Origin: Lama guanicoe
Lineage: Eukaryota
Length of the DNA stretch: 64,000 nucleotides
Assembly: GCA_013239625.1 (NCBI GenBank)
Contig: MU053504.1
Coordinates: 1,242,001 to 1,306,000, forward strand
Reading direction: 5' to 3'
Under the pieces are notes generated by a model that saw only the letters and a program-made list of their open reading frames with translations, had not been told where the DNA came from and searched no databases. Position numbers and translations under genes: made by a program. Shown piece after piece: positions 28,241-40,984 of this stretch (positions are counted from its first letter, which is position 1; each line of letters opens with the position of its first letter).

Positions 28241-29579
28241 CTAAAGACAGGTTTAGGAGAAGAAACAAAAAAGCAAGCATCAGAAAAGGGGTGAAGTCAT
28301 GCTCACCTACCTAAAGGCCCTCCAAGATTTGTTTTATACTCTTATCTACCGACAAATGGTACACAGACCTTCCCTAGGACAGCTCCTCTGAAGAGTCTTC
28401 ATAGGCTGACTTATAACCCCTTAGGTGGCTGTCTCCCAGGCCAAGAGGATATACAGACCAAGAGGCAGGTCAGTTGTCAAGAAAGCCTAGCTCTGGCTCA
28501 CGCAACGTACCCTGTCTCTCCCTCCAGCTTAAGGCCTCGCTAGTGTCAGGCTGCAGCCTAAATAATTCTTCAAGTCAACTGAATCCCACTCACTCACTTA
28601 CATGTAGTATCCTTCTAATACCAATTTAACCCCACAGACCTGTAACTCCATCGCTCACTTCATATTAAAAATAGAAACCATAAAGGAAAAAGTTAAAGAG
28701 TTAACTATGTAGAAAGTACACCTCTGTCCTCAAAGAAAAACAGAAATCTCCCAACAGCAACAACCAGAAAAGGATGAGCAAAATATAAATGAACGTAAAC
28801 TGGGAAAAATAATGGCAACAAGATAGGGAAAGGACTGCCAAAGCAAATATCCTAAAAATAAAGGAAACACAAAATACCCTGATTTTTCAAAGTAACTTAA
28901 AAGTTTCATTTTAATGATATTTTATATTAATAGTGGTTTTCTGTAGATGGACTTTTCTTTTTTCAGCTTATCTATATTTTCTTATTTTTTAATAAAAGCA
29001 TGTATTTCCCTTTCACAATGGGAAAAAAAGCCTGGGTATTTTAATTTTTTTCTCACATACTTTTACATACTTTAAAAAGATATTTTCCAATAGGCACTTT
29101 TTTATTATTAGAATAAAGTTAGTTTCATTTAACAAGACAGAAAGAAGAGAATCATTTGAAATAGTTCTACACTGATCTACTGGCTGACTGTGCCCCTGAC
29201 ACTCAGCCATCCCGACCACATGTTCTGTCCTGTACTACTTGACCTCATGCCAAAGAAAACAACAGTCCCAGAGGGAATCAAAGGGAATTCACAGCCACTG
29301 GCAACATAATATGGAAGCTGCATATGGCAAAAGAGAGCTGGATGATCATGGCAGTCACATAACCTCTTTGGGCCTCAAGATGCCCTGAATGTAAAATAGG
29401 ACGAAAAGCCAGACCACATCTTTTAATAGGCTAGAAGCTTAAGATCTGAGTCCTAAGGCAAGGGAGTCATCAACTGACAAAACGGCATTGTAGGAAAGTA
29501 GAAAAGTATCTCCAATTGTTTCTCTAAATGCCAACAAAAATCACTGGCCCCAAACCCACAAGGGGAGCTGAGCACTTAC

Positions 29580-29703
29580 CCTGAAGAGGGTCAGAGGCTT
29601 CTTAAAGCAGTTTCAGACCAGGCTGCATTGGGAGAGCCCTTTAGGCTACAGCTTTACAAATAGGCAATGAGGCCAGAAAATCAAGCTCTCCCCCCTCACA
29701 CAC
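29580..29703 (-). promoter_or_regulatory. SNRPB: SNRPB alternative PTC-containing (poison) exon, 124 nt, in intron 2
   Basis: CCCCACAG acceptor and GTAAGT donor; spliced to exon 2 it reads KCVRGESLIFWPHCLFVKL and stops at TAG 29646-29648. Confidence 0.9.
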
Positions 29704-29982
29704 CTGTGGGGAGAACATGAGAGCCCTTTACCCCAGTACGCAGGGGCATGCAAAGTCAGAGAAACAAAAAGCCTAGCCCTCCTTACAACTTGTACTCTGC
29801 TGAGTGTAGAGAGCAAGGCTAAGGAAGGAGAATTCTTAGCGTCCAACGTCCCCATTTAAATCTGCCCTCTAAAACAGGAGAGCAAGCCGAGAGGAACCAG
29901 CTTCATCACCACTTGTCACTTGACCCACCCACCCAATCCACTCCCCACCCTCCCAATCCCTCCCCCGCCAGCCCACTCCTCA

Positions 29983-30165
<183 letters not shown>

Positions 30166-31929
30166 TCAGTTCTTTTGGACCCACAAACCCTTGATCTTTC
30201 CTTAAAACTTCTGCAGAGGCCTTCTTTTCCATGCCTGTCTTTCTCAACAGACTCTCAGCTCTGTCTTCCAGCCACAGCCCTTCCCTGGGAATTCTCCCAT
30301 GTCACCCTGATTTCAGCCCTGACCTATTACTCCCCCTTCCCTTAAAATCACCTTTCTCACATTACAATTGCCTTTGTCTATGTTGTGAGAGGTAAGATGT
30401 CTCCAAAATAATGAAACCCACCCATACCAGAGATTAGCCATCTGCCATCCTGTACATTACTGGTGTGATTCCAGGGCTATGGAACACCAACATCCCATTA
30501 AAAAAAACTGAATAAAAGAGCTAGAATGGGACTGGCAGTAAGAATCCAATCAACAGAGAGCTTGTTATAAGAAAAGAGCTGATCAGTTTGGAAGTGAGAA
30601 TGGAATCCCCAAATCAAGAATTAGCATTAAAAAAAAAAGTTTTTTGTTAGGGTCTCCATGACCGCCTTTAAGAGAGGAAAACCTCTGGTGACCAGAGTGC
30701 TAATCAGTTTGAACACATAATGAGAATATATAACTTGCTGTACTTCTTAATTAACCCAACAACCTTTTCTGCTTTATAGCCTGGCTTCCAGTGTAGTTTT
30801 GCTAACTTATCCAAGCGTCTTCTAGGTACTACACACTGTGCTTTCTATTCATCTCTGTGAGCTGGGACAGAAACAGGTTTTCTGAACCTACATATATGTC
30901 TTGATCAGAATGTTGACTCCACCCTGGAGACCCAGATTATATGGTTCAGTCTTGTTTAAATGACCATTTTAACCAAACTGTAATCACAGCTTCTAACCAC
31001 AGAGGTCTGAACCTTTATGGCAACATTTATTGGTCCATATGCCTCGTATAGCTGGCTCTTAATGGGTGCTCACTGGCCAGCACTGCCATTAAGCACTATT
31101 CATCTCACTTCATCCTTAAAATCAGATTTTACAGATGAGACCACTGAGGATGTAAGAGGTTAAACTGTGTCGGAAGTTAGTCAATTGGAATCCAGTGCCA
31201 ACTCTTCTAATCAATTCTCCAAACAATATCCTACTGTTTCCTCGTTTCCAGTTCACCCAATATATAACAGATACAGAACAGTTATCTTTCTAAACACAAC
31301 TAAGTTCATGCCATTTTGGAGGCTAAAATCATTCAATGGCATTCCTCATCACCAACAAGATAAATACATGTAAAGCCTTTAATAAGCGGAATCCTGCCAA
31401 TTCCTCCCACCTAATCTTCCATCTCTTGCCTCCCTTTTCCCCTGCAGGAATTTCAGTATAGCACTATCCTTCACAATTTGCTCTTTGCAGTCCTTCGGAT
31501 CTATAATATTCTCTCCCATTTTCGCTGAGAAAAAGGCTGACAATCTTTTAGGACTCTGCCGGGAATCATCTACTCCAGAAAGCATTCTTACCCCGCCCCT
31601 CGCCGTTACTTTTACTTAATGCTCAATTACCACTCCGAATTATATTACCCGTGTCCCCAAATAGTGAACTCGGTGAAGAAAGAAAACACTGCATTATCTA
31701 GCCCCAACGCCTGAAAAGTCAGACATACTCAACACACACACATGCTGAACAGATGAGTCGAACTTTTCCTTCAAATACTCCTTGACCCTCCCGTTCCCTC
31801 CTTCCCATCTACTAGACCCATGACTGTAGTTTCGGTCACAAGCCCTTCCATTTCCTCAACTCTTTCTCAGACCCTCACCCGCCTTCCTAAGTCTGAGCCT
31901 CTCACCGGACCTTCCCCAGCCTTCCTGTG

Positions 31930-32780
31930 GCTCCGCCTGCTCCGAAACCCCAGACACACATTTACGCTGCGAAAGTTTACTCAGCTCCTACGGGATCCCG
32001 AGCACTGTGCCTACGGCGGCGTGGGGAGCCGCAATTCTATCCTCGCCCCCACCGAGCGACCCCGGCCTGCGTCCCGCAGTACCAAGCTTCCCCTCCCCCA
32101 CCCCGCCAGCAACCAAAGTCTGGGTCTTTTCTGCCGGGACAGAGGGGCCGAGGCTGGGGCCTTCACCGCCCTGAGCGGCCAACCCACGGCGTGCTCACCA
32201 ATCAGTCGCGGTCCCCACCCCAGAACAGATTCTAGAGCTCCCGCGCCCCAAGTCTGCGCCTCCTTACCATGGTGGCGGTTTTGATGGCTCAGATTCCCGC
32301 CGGATTCGCCTCCGCGGAGGCCTAAACGCCCTCCACTACCCAGCTTCCCGCCGCCGCTACCGGAAATTAGGCCGCGGGCAAAGAGGGGCCGGGTAGAAAG
32401 CTGCTTCCGGTCCCGGCGCCCGGCCCTAGAGTTCCGGCCAAGGCGCGGAGCTGAGCGCTTCGAGCGGGGCGGGGCTTGGGACGGCGCTACGCTTAAACAG
32501 AACTCCGAGAGGCTTAGGATCCTTTGTTGGACGTCTTCCTAGTTTCTGCCGGAACATGAGCTTCTCCTCTTCACCCTCATATCCCCCACACCCCGCGCCC
32601 CAGCCCTTTAACTTTCGGTTATCTCCCACCGCTCTACCCCGGCTTTCTACTCTACAGCCATGGTCCCTGCTTTTCCGTGAACTTGCTCGAACGGCTTCTG
32701 CTTCAGCACCTTCGCATTTGCTATTGCCTCTCCTGGAATGCTACGCGTCCAGGTATGTGCGCGGCTCACGCGCTCACTTT
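31930..32780. promoter_or_regulatory. SNRPB: CpG-island promoter of SNRPB
   Basis: High CpG density; ETS-type sites ACCGGAAAT (about 32358) and CTTCCGGT (about 32404); GC box GGGGCGGGGC (about 32466). Confidence 0.85.
32268..32270 (-). CDS. SNRPB: SNRPB exon 1 coding part (ATG only)
   Basis: GCCACC-ATG immediately followed by donor GTAAGG, inside a CpG island; phase 0 joins exon 2 to give MTVGKSSK. Confidence 0.93.
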
Positions 32781-35700
32781 CAAGACGTAAGCTCTAATAA
32801 CATTTTCCCCCTGAGGACTTTCCTGGCCGTCCTGTTAAAACGTGCAACCTTCCCACCCATCCCTGCTTTTTCTCCTTAACATTGATCACTAACATACTAT
32901 ATATATTTGTTAGTTATTTTATTATCCCTCTCTATTAGAATTTAAGTACCAAGGGTACAGAACACTGCTTAGCACAAAACAAGAGCTTAATAAATACTTG
33001 AATGAATCAATCAATCAATCAGTCCCATCCAGTCCCATTACTTTTGAAGGCTACCTATATGCTCAGGTTTTTCAAATTTATCCCTCTAACCTTGAGCTCT
33101 TTATTTTAACTCTTGGCCTTTTATAGCCAGCTGCTTGCTTGACATGGATGTTTAATAGGTATACTAAATTTAACATGTTGAAAACTGAATTCTTGATTCT
33201 AGTCACTCTTCTTCCCCAAACCATTTCTTACCAGTTTTCCCTATCTCAGAGGTTTCTTGGATTAATTTTAATTTTTAAAAAAACCGACAAACTTGGTAGT
33301 ATCCTGATTCCTCTTTCTCTCCCATCTCATAGCCAGTCCGTCAGCAACCCCCATGGACCTCACCTTCAAAATGTCTTGAATCAGGCTGTTGTCACTTACG
33401 CCATTGCCACCATGCTAGTCCTAGCCACCATCATCTCTGCCTTGGATCACTGAATGAGGCCCTACCTGGCCTCTTTGCTTCCTCCCTGCTCTCACAGCAA
33501 CCAGAGGGATCCTTCTATAATGTACTGGGATTATATCAGATCTTGTCATTGCCCTGCTCTCCACCTCCCTGTAACTGCCCAGCACACGTGGAATAAAATC
33601 CAGCCCTGCATCCCTCTCCAGCCTCATTTCCCTCAACATTCTCCTCATCATCCTCCAGCCACACTAGTCCCCTTCCTGTTCCTCAAACCCAGCAAGGAGA
33701 GCTTTCACCCCAGGGCTTTTTAATCCTCACACCATCCGTAGAATTTATGTTCTGTCTCTCCGTTTCTGTCAACCTGTAGATGAAGAGATGGAAGCTCAGC
33801 GTGATGAGTTATCTTGCCCAAGGTGGCAGAGTCAGAACAGGAGTGTGGTGCCATCTGTCTCCTCAGCTACTTCCAAGTTCCAGCATGCATTTTAAAATGT
33901 TTATTTAACATCTACTAAGCCATGCACTGTTACTGGGATACATTCCCTTCCCTGAAGGAATTTATGTTCTAGTGAGAAGGGCAGACAATACACCAAACAA
34001 AAAGTATACAAAGTAATAGAGTGATGGGCGGATAAATAAAGTAGGGTGAGGGGACTGAGAGTGATGAGTTGCAAGCTTGGCTAGATGGGCAGGGAAAGCC
34101 TCTCCGAGGAATGGCTTGTGAGCAGAGAACTGAATGAATTGAAGGACATTCCAAATACTTCATTGTAAAAGGGATCATACAATATGTGGTCTTTTTTAAC
34201 TGCCTTCTTTCACTTGGCATAACGTTCTCAAGGCTCACCCCTGCTGTGGCACGTATCAGTGCTTCATTTCTTTTTATGGCTGAATAATATTTCATTATAT
34301 GGATAAAACCACTTTTGTTCATCCATTCATCACCTGTGGACATTTGGGTTGTTTCCACCTTTGGGTTATTATGAACATTTGTGTACATTTTCATGTGGTC
34401 ATATGCTATAGTTCTATAGTTTTAGTTCTTAAGTTTAGCACTAATGCACTTCTGTGCACAGCTTGAGCTGGCGCAGCTAAGGGAGGCTGCTGGAGCCCTG
34501 GTGTGCATGCACGTGGAGCTGAGAGGGTCAGGGGAACAGCAACCAGGCTGGGGAAGCCCTGAGCCTCTGCACAGGATGAAAGTCAGATGACCTGCCTGCC
34601 AGAGAGCTGGTCCAGTGGGGCCCCAGGGTGTGTGCCCATGGGGCTGAAGAGAGGATGCAGAAGCAGCTGCCTGGGCTGGAGCCCAGGCCTGTGCTATTTG
34701 GGCTCCTGGCTAAGCCACCATCACCACCACCACCATAGGTGGCCCATTGGTGGAGAAAGCTGTGTGCTGCAGGCACTTAGCATGGGAGAAAACGGCACTG
34801 GCCGGGGAGCAGGAAAAAGTACTCTCCAGGAGCCGGGTGAAAGAGCCACCTGCACCAGGAAAGAGACTCCCCTTCCTCCTGCAATGTCACTCCAAAGCCC
34901 ACTACTGATGCACCTCATCCAGCTGGCAAAGGAAAATTATTATTATTTAAAGGGCCCAGATCCATTTTCACAGATTAGGCAACAAAAGGTGAATTTGGAG
35001 CTGAGACAATGTATTGATAAGTGGCACCATTCCACACACCCAAACATACTCCACCATGCAAGTCAGCACAATGCAGGACTCAGAGGGGAAGAGAGGCTAG
35101 TCAGTTCAACCTACCCTCTAAAGAAGGAACCATTCTTAATGAGAAACACAGATAAGATGTTGGCTTTCTGCTTGGATTCCTGGCATGATGGGAGCTTTTT
35201 ATCTTTTGCAAATGTTTCTATTGTTGGAAAGCTGTGTTTGTGGGAGTCACTTTAAATTCTCTATCTTCTACATCTGGGCAATCACCAAGTGCTTTGAAGA
35301 CAACCCTATGAAGTCTGTTCTCTTCTAGCCCACATGACTGTCCCAAGTTGTCCTGTAAATTTTGCCTGGACACCTGCAGTTCTGGCAAAGGGACACAAGG
35401 GTGAATGTGGCAAAGGATGAGGGCCCACACTCCCAGCATTCACACCTTCTCCCCACCAGAGCTGACTCAGGACCCACTGCAAAGCTGACTTTATGGCTGA
35501 GGGAGTTGGTAGAGGTTTCGGAGCCAGTGGCTCCATTGGACTTTTGCTGCCCCCTCCTTTGATGGAAGACCAAAACCAGCCTGTGCTTTTTGTGATTTTC
35601 CAAGCCTGATATCCATTCTGTGGATCTGGCAAACTCCAACTGAGCAAACAAATTTGCTACAGCCTCGGCAAACCCTCTCCAGTCAAGAGTTACTAGCTCA

Positions 35701-36599
35701 GGACATATAAGTCAGAGCCAGGGCACAGAGTTATCAAAAATCTGGGCAATCTGGTCTCTGAGGGAGGAGGACTAGGAAAGGGTATGATTAAAGGGCCGGG
35801 TCCTTGGGCTGAAAAACAAGGGCAGGGGTATGGCCAGTAGAGGGATGACATGGGTGTCATAAGCAGGACTGGACCCTCGGATTGAAGAGGCAAGGAGATG
35901 TACCACTGGAGCTGTGTTTAGGGGTCTTTAGACTTATGATTTGACAAAGAAGTAGCTAAGAGGTCCAAAATGATGATTAATGGCTGGAGAACAGTCTGGG
36001 CATGGTTAAAGGCCCTGACCCTGGAATCTGAAAGGCTGCAGAGGGAGTGTACTTAAAGCGTCCCTGGAACTGGAGGATATGAACAGATCATTAGGGAACA
36101 GCAATGCTTCAACAGATAGAGAAGGATTCAGCAGAGACCTGAATAGACTGGAAGGAACAAAACCTAGGGAAGGGAGCTTTCACAGAAGCCAAAGTGAGCG
36201 ATCAGTTAGGAGCAGAGGCAACTCAGCTCCCAAAGACCAGGGAAATTCCTTCCCCTCAGTCAACATGTCTCCAGAACCTACATCCTCCTCCCCAAGCAAA
36301 GGCTCAGATTCTCCAATAAGTCTACTAGATTGATTTGGGACTTATTTTTTCTCAAGGGTTGAATTCATGCAGGAAATCCAGGTTGAGAGCTTGAATTCCT
36401 TTCCAGACAGAGTGACTAAGACATACAGCCTGAACTTACTGAAGATTTTATGAGCAGGACAGGAAAACATGGTGAAGAATTCATGTTTGAAAATAAAACA
36501 AGTTGATCATTCTTACTTAAATAAAGCCTTCTACTTTTTTAATTCCATCTGATTACAGAAAGTGGAAAAAACACATTCAGTTGTTACTGCCATCCTCAC

Positions 36600-37728
36600 T
36601 CTCCTAAGAAGTAGACTTCTGCAAGGTGAGTGAGGTAGCGAATTGATCCATGAGGAGTGACATTGGGCTAAGGCTCCACCCACAAACCCCGCCCACACAG
36701 GCCTCCCTGAGTGGCTCCTCTGCTGCAAGATGAGATGTAACTTACTGGTTAAGCTTCTCAGTCTCCCTCTCTGCCTTGTAAAGCTTCTCCCAAATAAGCA
36801 GTTCTCTGATCCCATGATACATACTGAGATGTGCTTCTCCTGAGTCCTCAGCCATTCTCCCCACACACACACAGCTTTTATTCTGTATGCTCTGGGGTTT
36901 GTTGAGGGGTGACTTATAGCCAAAGCCTTGTCCATACTCCTCATGCACTTACACGATCTTAGAGTGGATTCCCTAGGGAGACAAAAAAGGTGGAGAACTG
37001 AGTGGTTTACTGGGCAGAGGAAGAAGCTGACCTGCAAGGTGTTTGAGATGGTTCAGTCCAATGGGGACCTCGGGATCTGGGATGATCCTGTGAAGTTGTC
37101 CCAGCAGAGTCAAGGGCTGAGTTCTGTCTCCCCACACCGATCAGTCATTGGCCAGGAGGTGCCCCTTAGGCAGGTGCAGTTCCTTGTGGCTGAGAGCAGG
37201 TCCAGTGAGGAATTCATCTCTGAGCCACCAGGAGCAGTCAGCTGGGGCAGCCCCAGAGTGTCCCCACACAAGGATTCTCCCGTGTGTGAAGGCTGACTGA
37301 TCATCAGCCTTGCCCGCACTCCCTGCAAACACCCAGCTCCTCCCTGAGTGAGCCTGCTGGTTCTTCGGCCAATGCTGGCCGACACTCCCTGAACGCATGA
37401 TTTCTTCCCAAGTCGGCTGCTGGAGTCCAGTAAATGCTAACTCTTTGCTAAAGCCTCCCCATGGTCCCTGCACGCACACACCTCCCATCTTTGTGCATCC
37501 TCTTTGGGCACTGGGGAATGACTATGGCTACAGTTACCCACACTGCGGGCAAAGGCTCCCCTCTGGAATGTGCCTTGGTGCCTGCCAAAGGCCAACACAT
37601 CTCTGAAGCTTCACTCACCCTCCACACACACACACGCACACATAGACCACTCCTCTCCGGCACAAAGTGAGGTTTGACTAATTGCTAAAGTCCTGCCCAT
37701 GACCCCTGCTACACCATGCTTCTCCCCC
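36600..37728 (-). pseudogene. Decayed C2H2 zinc-finger repeats in the ZNF343 3' UTR
   Basis: Finger-like remnants in broken frames, for example EEYGQGFGYKSPLNKPQSI (ORF 36742-36948) and repeated CACTCAGGGAG and TGCAGGGAGTG(C/T)GGG motifs. Candidate AATAAA at 36877-36882. Confidence 0.75.
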
Positions 37729-39214
37729 TCAGTGTGTCCTCTGGTGTCTGGTAAGATTTGACTTGTGGCTAAAGCCTCGCCCGCACTCCCTGCAGACAGA
37801 ATGCTTCTCCCCCGAGTGCGTCCTCTGGTGCAGGAGGAGCAGTGATTTCCGGCTAACGCTCCACCCACACTCCTTGCACACGTAAGGCTTCTCCCCTGAG
37901 TGTGTCCTCTCATGTATGACGAGGGTGGACTTATCACAAAAGCCTCGCCTACACTGCCTGCAGATATAAGGCTTCTCATCTGAGTGCGTCCTCTGGTGTC
38001 TGATGAGATTTGACTTCTGGCTAAAGCCTAGGCCACACTCCCTGCAAACATAATGCTTCTCCCCCGAGTGCGCCCTCTGGTGAATGAGGAGGAGGGATTT
38101 CCGGCTAAAGCCTCGGCCACACTCACCACACACGTAAGGCTTCTCCCCCGAGTGCGTCCTCTCGTGTATGACGAGGGTGGACCTATCACAAATGCCTCGC
38201 CCGCACTCCCGACAAGCATAAGGCTTCTCCCCTGAGTGCGTCCTCTGGTGTTTCCTGAGAGTTGACTTATCACTAAAGCCTCGTGCACACTCCCGGCACA
38301 CGTAGGGTTTCTCCCCGGAGTGTATCCTCTGGTGTCTGATGAAGGAGGACTTCTCGCTGAAGCCTTGCGCACACGCACTGCACACATAGGGCTTCTCCCC
38401 GAGTGAGTCCACTGATGGCTAATGAGGACTGACTTATTTCTAAAGCTCTGCCCACACTCCCTGCACAAATAAGGCTTCTCTTCCGAATGTGTTCTCGTGT
38501 GTCTGCTGAGGTTGGACTTCTGGCTAAAGCCTCGCTCACACTCCTTGCACACATATGGCTTCTCCCCGGAGTGTGTCCTCTGGTGATTAATGAGGGCTGA
38601 CATCTGGCTGAAGCCTCGGCCACACTCACCACACACATAAGGCTTCTCCGTTGAGTGTGTCCGATGGTGTCTGATGAGGGCTGACTTGTCCTTAAAGCCC
38701 CGCCCACACTCCCTGCAGACATCGGGTTTCTTCCCTGGGTAGGCCGTCTGGTTTGTAAAGCAGTCTAATTTCGGGCTGCAGTCTTGTTCATATTCTTGAC
38801 AGCTGGTTGCTCCACATCTTGGGGTCTCTAATTCCTTCACTCCTTTGTCTGTTTGCACAGGGTTGAGCCTGTGAACTGAACTGGGCTCTCTTTCTGGAAC
38901 CAAGTTGACTTCTCTGGGACCTGCCGACTGTGCTCGGGGTGGGATGGGCAATGCCCTTGCGGGCTGGCTCTCCTCTGCCCTCACGAACAAGGGTCTGGAG
39001 ACACCTTCTCTCTCCTGACCTCCTGTGCTTTCACTCCAGCAGCTCTGAGCAGAACACCACTGCCCCCAATGCCCCAGGCCAGAGTCCCCTAGATAGAAGT
39101 GATTTTCTACACACACACCTGGGAAGATCTGCAGAGCATGCTGGTGGAGGAACGGCAGACAGGAAAAGGCCAGAAGGCAGGAGGAACAAGGGTAGATGTC
39201 TGGCTTTGGTTCTG
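37729..39214 (-). CDS. ZNF343: ZNF343 terminal exon: degenerate early finger, spacer and 12 C2H2 fingers, with an apparent 1-bp deletion at 38397-38400
   Basis: CTCCAG-CAG acceptor; [19 protein letters not shown]..., fingers 1-4 in ORF 38028-39377 and fingers 5-12 in ORF 37729-38412, ending [13 protein letters not shown] then TGA. Recognised from this sequence and its position next to SNRPB. Confidence 0.9.
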
Positions 39215-40984
39215 CTGGAGAGAGAAGGTTTTCAGTTAGAGAAGCCCTAAGTGGGCCTACAAGCTGTTCTGCCTTGTCTTGGACAGAGAGTGTCTTACTG
39301 CCACAAATGTAATTGACACTATACATACAATACAATTTGTTTCCCACCAAAAATTCCTTTACACTCCACTTCCACACAGTCCATTTTCTACTGCAATCCA
39401 GAAAATCTATAACAACATCTATGTCAGTCGGACTAGGAACCTTTCTGCTCTGTAAACAGCCTCAATTACCCTTAGCCTTTTCCTCCTACTAAATCAGCTA
39501 AGCCATCAACACTCACAGTGATATAGACTGTCCACAACTCTGTTCTCCTTGGAGGTGACAGTTGCTATGACCTATGTGGAAATCTCCCTCATGACTTATC
39601 TCATTACAAAAAAAGAAGACTGATACACAAAAAAAGCTACTCAGTCTGGCGGGCTTCCAAATGTAGAAAATAGCACATGAAACAGTATTTAAAGAGAGTA
39701 TATTAAATAAATTTGAATTTCAGAGTGCCCATCTGCAAACATATATTTACTAGAAATTTCTAAGTGCTAGGCTCTCTACTAAGTATGGTGGATTCAGCAG
39801 TGGACAAGAAAGACATGTTCCATGATTTCAGGATTTTGGCACCTGGGACCCAAACCAACCCATCACAAAGTCATCAGACTAGGCTACGGTATTTGCTTTG
39901 GGCAAAAAAGGTTAGTGTAAAGTTAGTGCCTTTTTCGAACAAGTTTTAAGAGGCCCAGTGTGGGTCTATCACTGCTCCTTTCCCCCTTCCTTAAGAATCC
40001 CAGGTGCCAGATAGAGGATTCCAGAACCACTACAGGTGAAACACACCTGAACTGTAAGCAGTAGGTATATAAGTAAGAAATGAGCATTTGCTATTATAAG
40101 CCTCCAAAGTTTGGTGTTGTTTGTTATCACAGCATTACCTAGCCTAAGCTAACTGAACTATCTCCCCTATGAAAGCTGTATAGGTTATTTCAGGCAGTAC
40201 CCTTGAAGAAGAGGCATCAGAGCATGAAAACGTGAAGGATAAGAGACAAAGAGACTAGTTTGGGAGGGAAAATAGCATGATCTCAATTTTTGATAAGTCT
40301 GAGGATAAACTTGTGTTGACCTGTAACCAAAAAGAAATATAAGAATAAAGTACAGGTGAAATGTGACAAAGAAAATGGATTCATTATAATATGTGAAGGA
40401 TAAAATCGTTGAAGTTCACAAATTGTTTAAGGGTGTGAACACAGACAGAGACAAGAGTATGGGACACTAGTCCTGTGGATCCCTACAGTCCAAAGAAAAG
40501 AAAGAAATGAGACAAGCCCACAGGAGACAGAAGCGGCGGGAGTGCTGCAGGACGCTGAGGTGCTGAGCAAGACAGAGGAAGCAGCTTCAGAAATGCAACT
40601 GGGATCCAGGCTTTCGATATCAAGACTAATCTGAACAGGTCATTTTGTCATCCTCCTTTGAACCCATTAAGTGTAATAATACAGAGAAACAGAATAATAT
40701 GACAGGAGAAAAACAAAATCTAGTTAGGATGACTAACAAAGGCCAAATAAAACACACAGAACCAGACCAAAACAGATGAATCCACACTTAATCAGATGGA
40801 GCTCAAACTAGACGAAATCAGGTCAAAACATGCCAAAGAAGATGCAAATGGAACAAAGTAAATCCGACTAATTCATATCAGGGAGGCAGCCATGCCTCTT
40901 AAGGAAACTCCTGCCTAACACTAGTTTGTGCCTCAAAAAATGTGATTCTTCTGTACCTGCTTTATCTAGAAATACAGGAATGTG

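Noticed and set aside
34587..35255. 222-aa ORF with a His run between SNRPB and ZNF343
   Set aside because: No recognisable domain or exon structure; the His run comes from a short CAC repeat and the region looks like old LTR-derived sequence.
39215..39377. N-terminal extension MWKWSV... of the 449-aa ORF as a real start
   Set aside because: It lies upstream of the pyrimidine tract and AG acceptor, so it is intronic; the true N-terminus comes from the spliced upstream exons.
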